NCBI GenBank assembly: GCA_964016885.1
Contig: OZ024743.1
Span: forward strand, 183,334,001 to 183,398,000
Length of the DNA: 64,000 nt
Direction: 5' to 3'
Origin: Eledone cirrhosa
Lineage: Eukaryota
The notes under the pieces were generated by a model that was given only the letters and a program-made list of their open reading frames with translations, did not search any database and was not told where the DNA came from. Of this stretch, positions 63,406 to 64,000 are shown in pieces. Numbering within the stretch: the first letter of the stretch is position 1; each line of letters begins with the position of its first letter. A program made the position numbers and the translations under genes.

Positions 63406-64000
63406 TCATTTTCTATATCTTTTTCTCACTTCCATTCTCTCACTCTCTATCCTTCTCTGGAAGAAATCTGCTGTATTCAGACTTGAAGAGGAGATGCGCT
63501 CCTCCAGGTTTTAAAAAATGCCCTAGATACTCTGTATGTCAATATGGTGCCCCTATGACTCCCTTGGGAGTTATAGGTCCATACATACAACATAAAAGTT
63601 CATTAGCAAGACATTCTTAAAACATATTAAATATCACTATAACTATATCACATTAAAAACTGAAGTATTTATATTCTAATGCTACACATTTTCACAATGA
63701 TCTGTCCACTTGTAAAGATACTTTAAACATTTGAATTAACAAACCTGGTTTTTTGTTTTTAGATATTTTCTACAAAATTGTTTCAGGATGTTAAGAGTAA
63801 AATGTAGCACACAAAATCTTGCTCTACTAACATGCTACTGTCTTTAAAATCTAGACCACTTGTTTTAAGTGTTAAAAGTAAGATGTCTTTATACACCCAC
63901 CCACCTTACTCTCTCTCACACACACACACACACACTCATTTTCTCTCTCTTACCAACACACATATGTTGATTGGAAGTCTTGGTCAAACCCTAAGAACAT

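Overview
AT-rich, repeat-dense animal genomic DNA. The SINE/LINE families and microsatellite load look like an octopod cephalopod, but that is inference. Two spliced host genes, missed or only partly captured by the ORF track, lie tail-to-tail. ARPC4 (Arp2/3 subunit 4, + strand) has five coding exons that join in frame to 168 aa, and ASH2L (- strand) is represented by its last four coding exons (SPRY C-terminal part plus DPY30-binding helix). Between and inside them are: an apparently intact CR1-like LINE (PHD-type ORF1, APE-RT ORF2) whose ORFs meet at a G_GGA_AAC -1 slippery site; a non-autonomous LTR element with a tRNA-Trp primer site; RTE, CRE-like, R4/Dong-like and L1/Tx1-like LINE remnants; tRNA-derived SINEs; Helitron- and piggyBac-like non-autonomous elements; and many minisatellites. 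The most unusual signal is a family of short elements sitting in (TA)n tracts that carry the 3' half of a type I hammerhead ribozyme (covarying stem III, GUC/GUA site). In the best copies the missing 5' half is replaced by a long fold-back inverted repeat. Exon coordinates were counted by hand; repeat boundaries are approximate.
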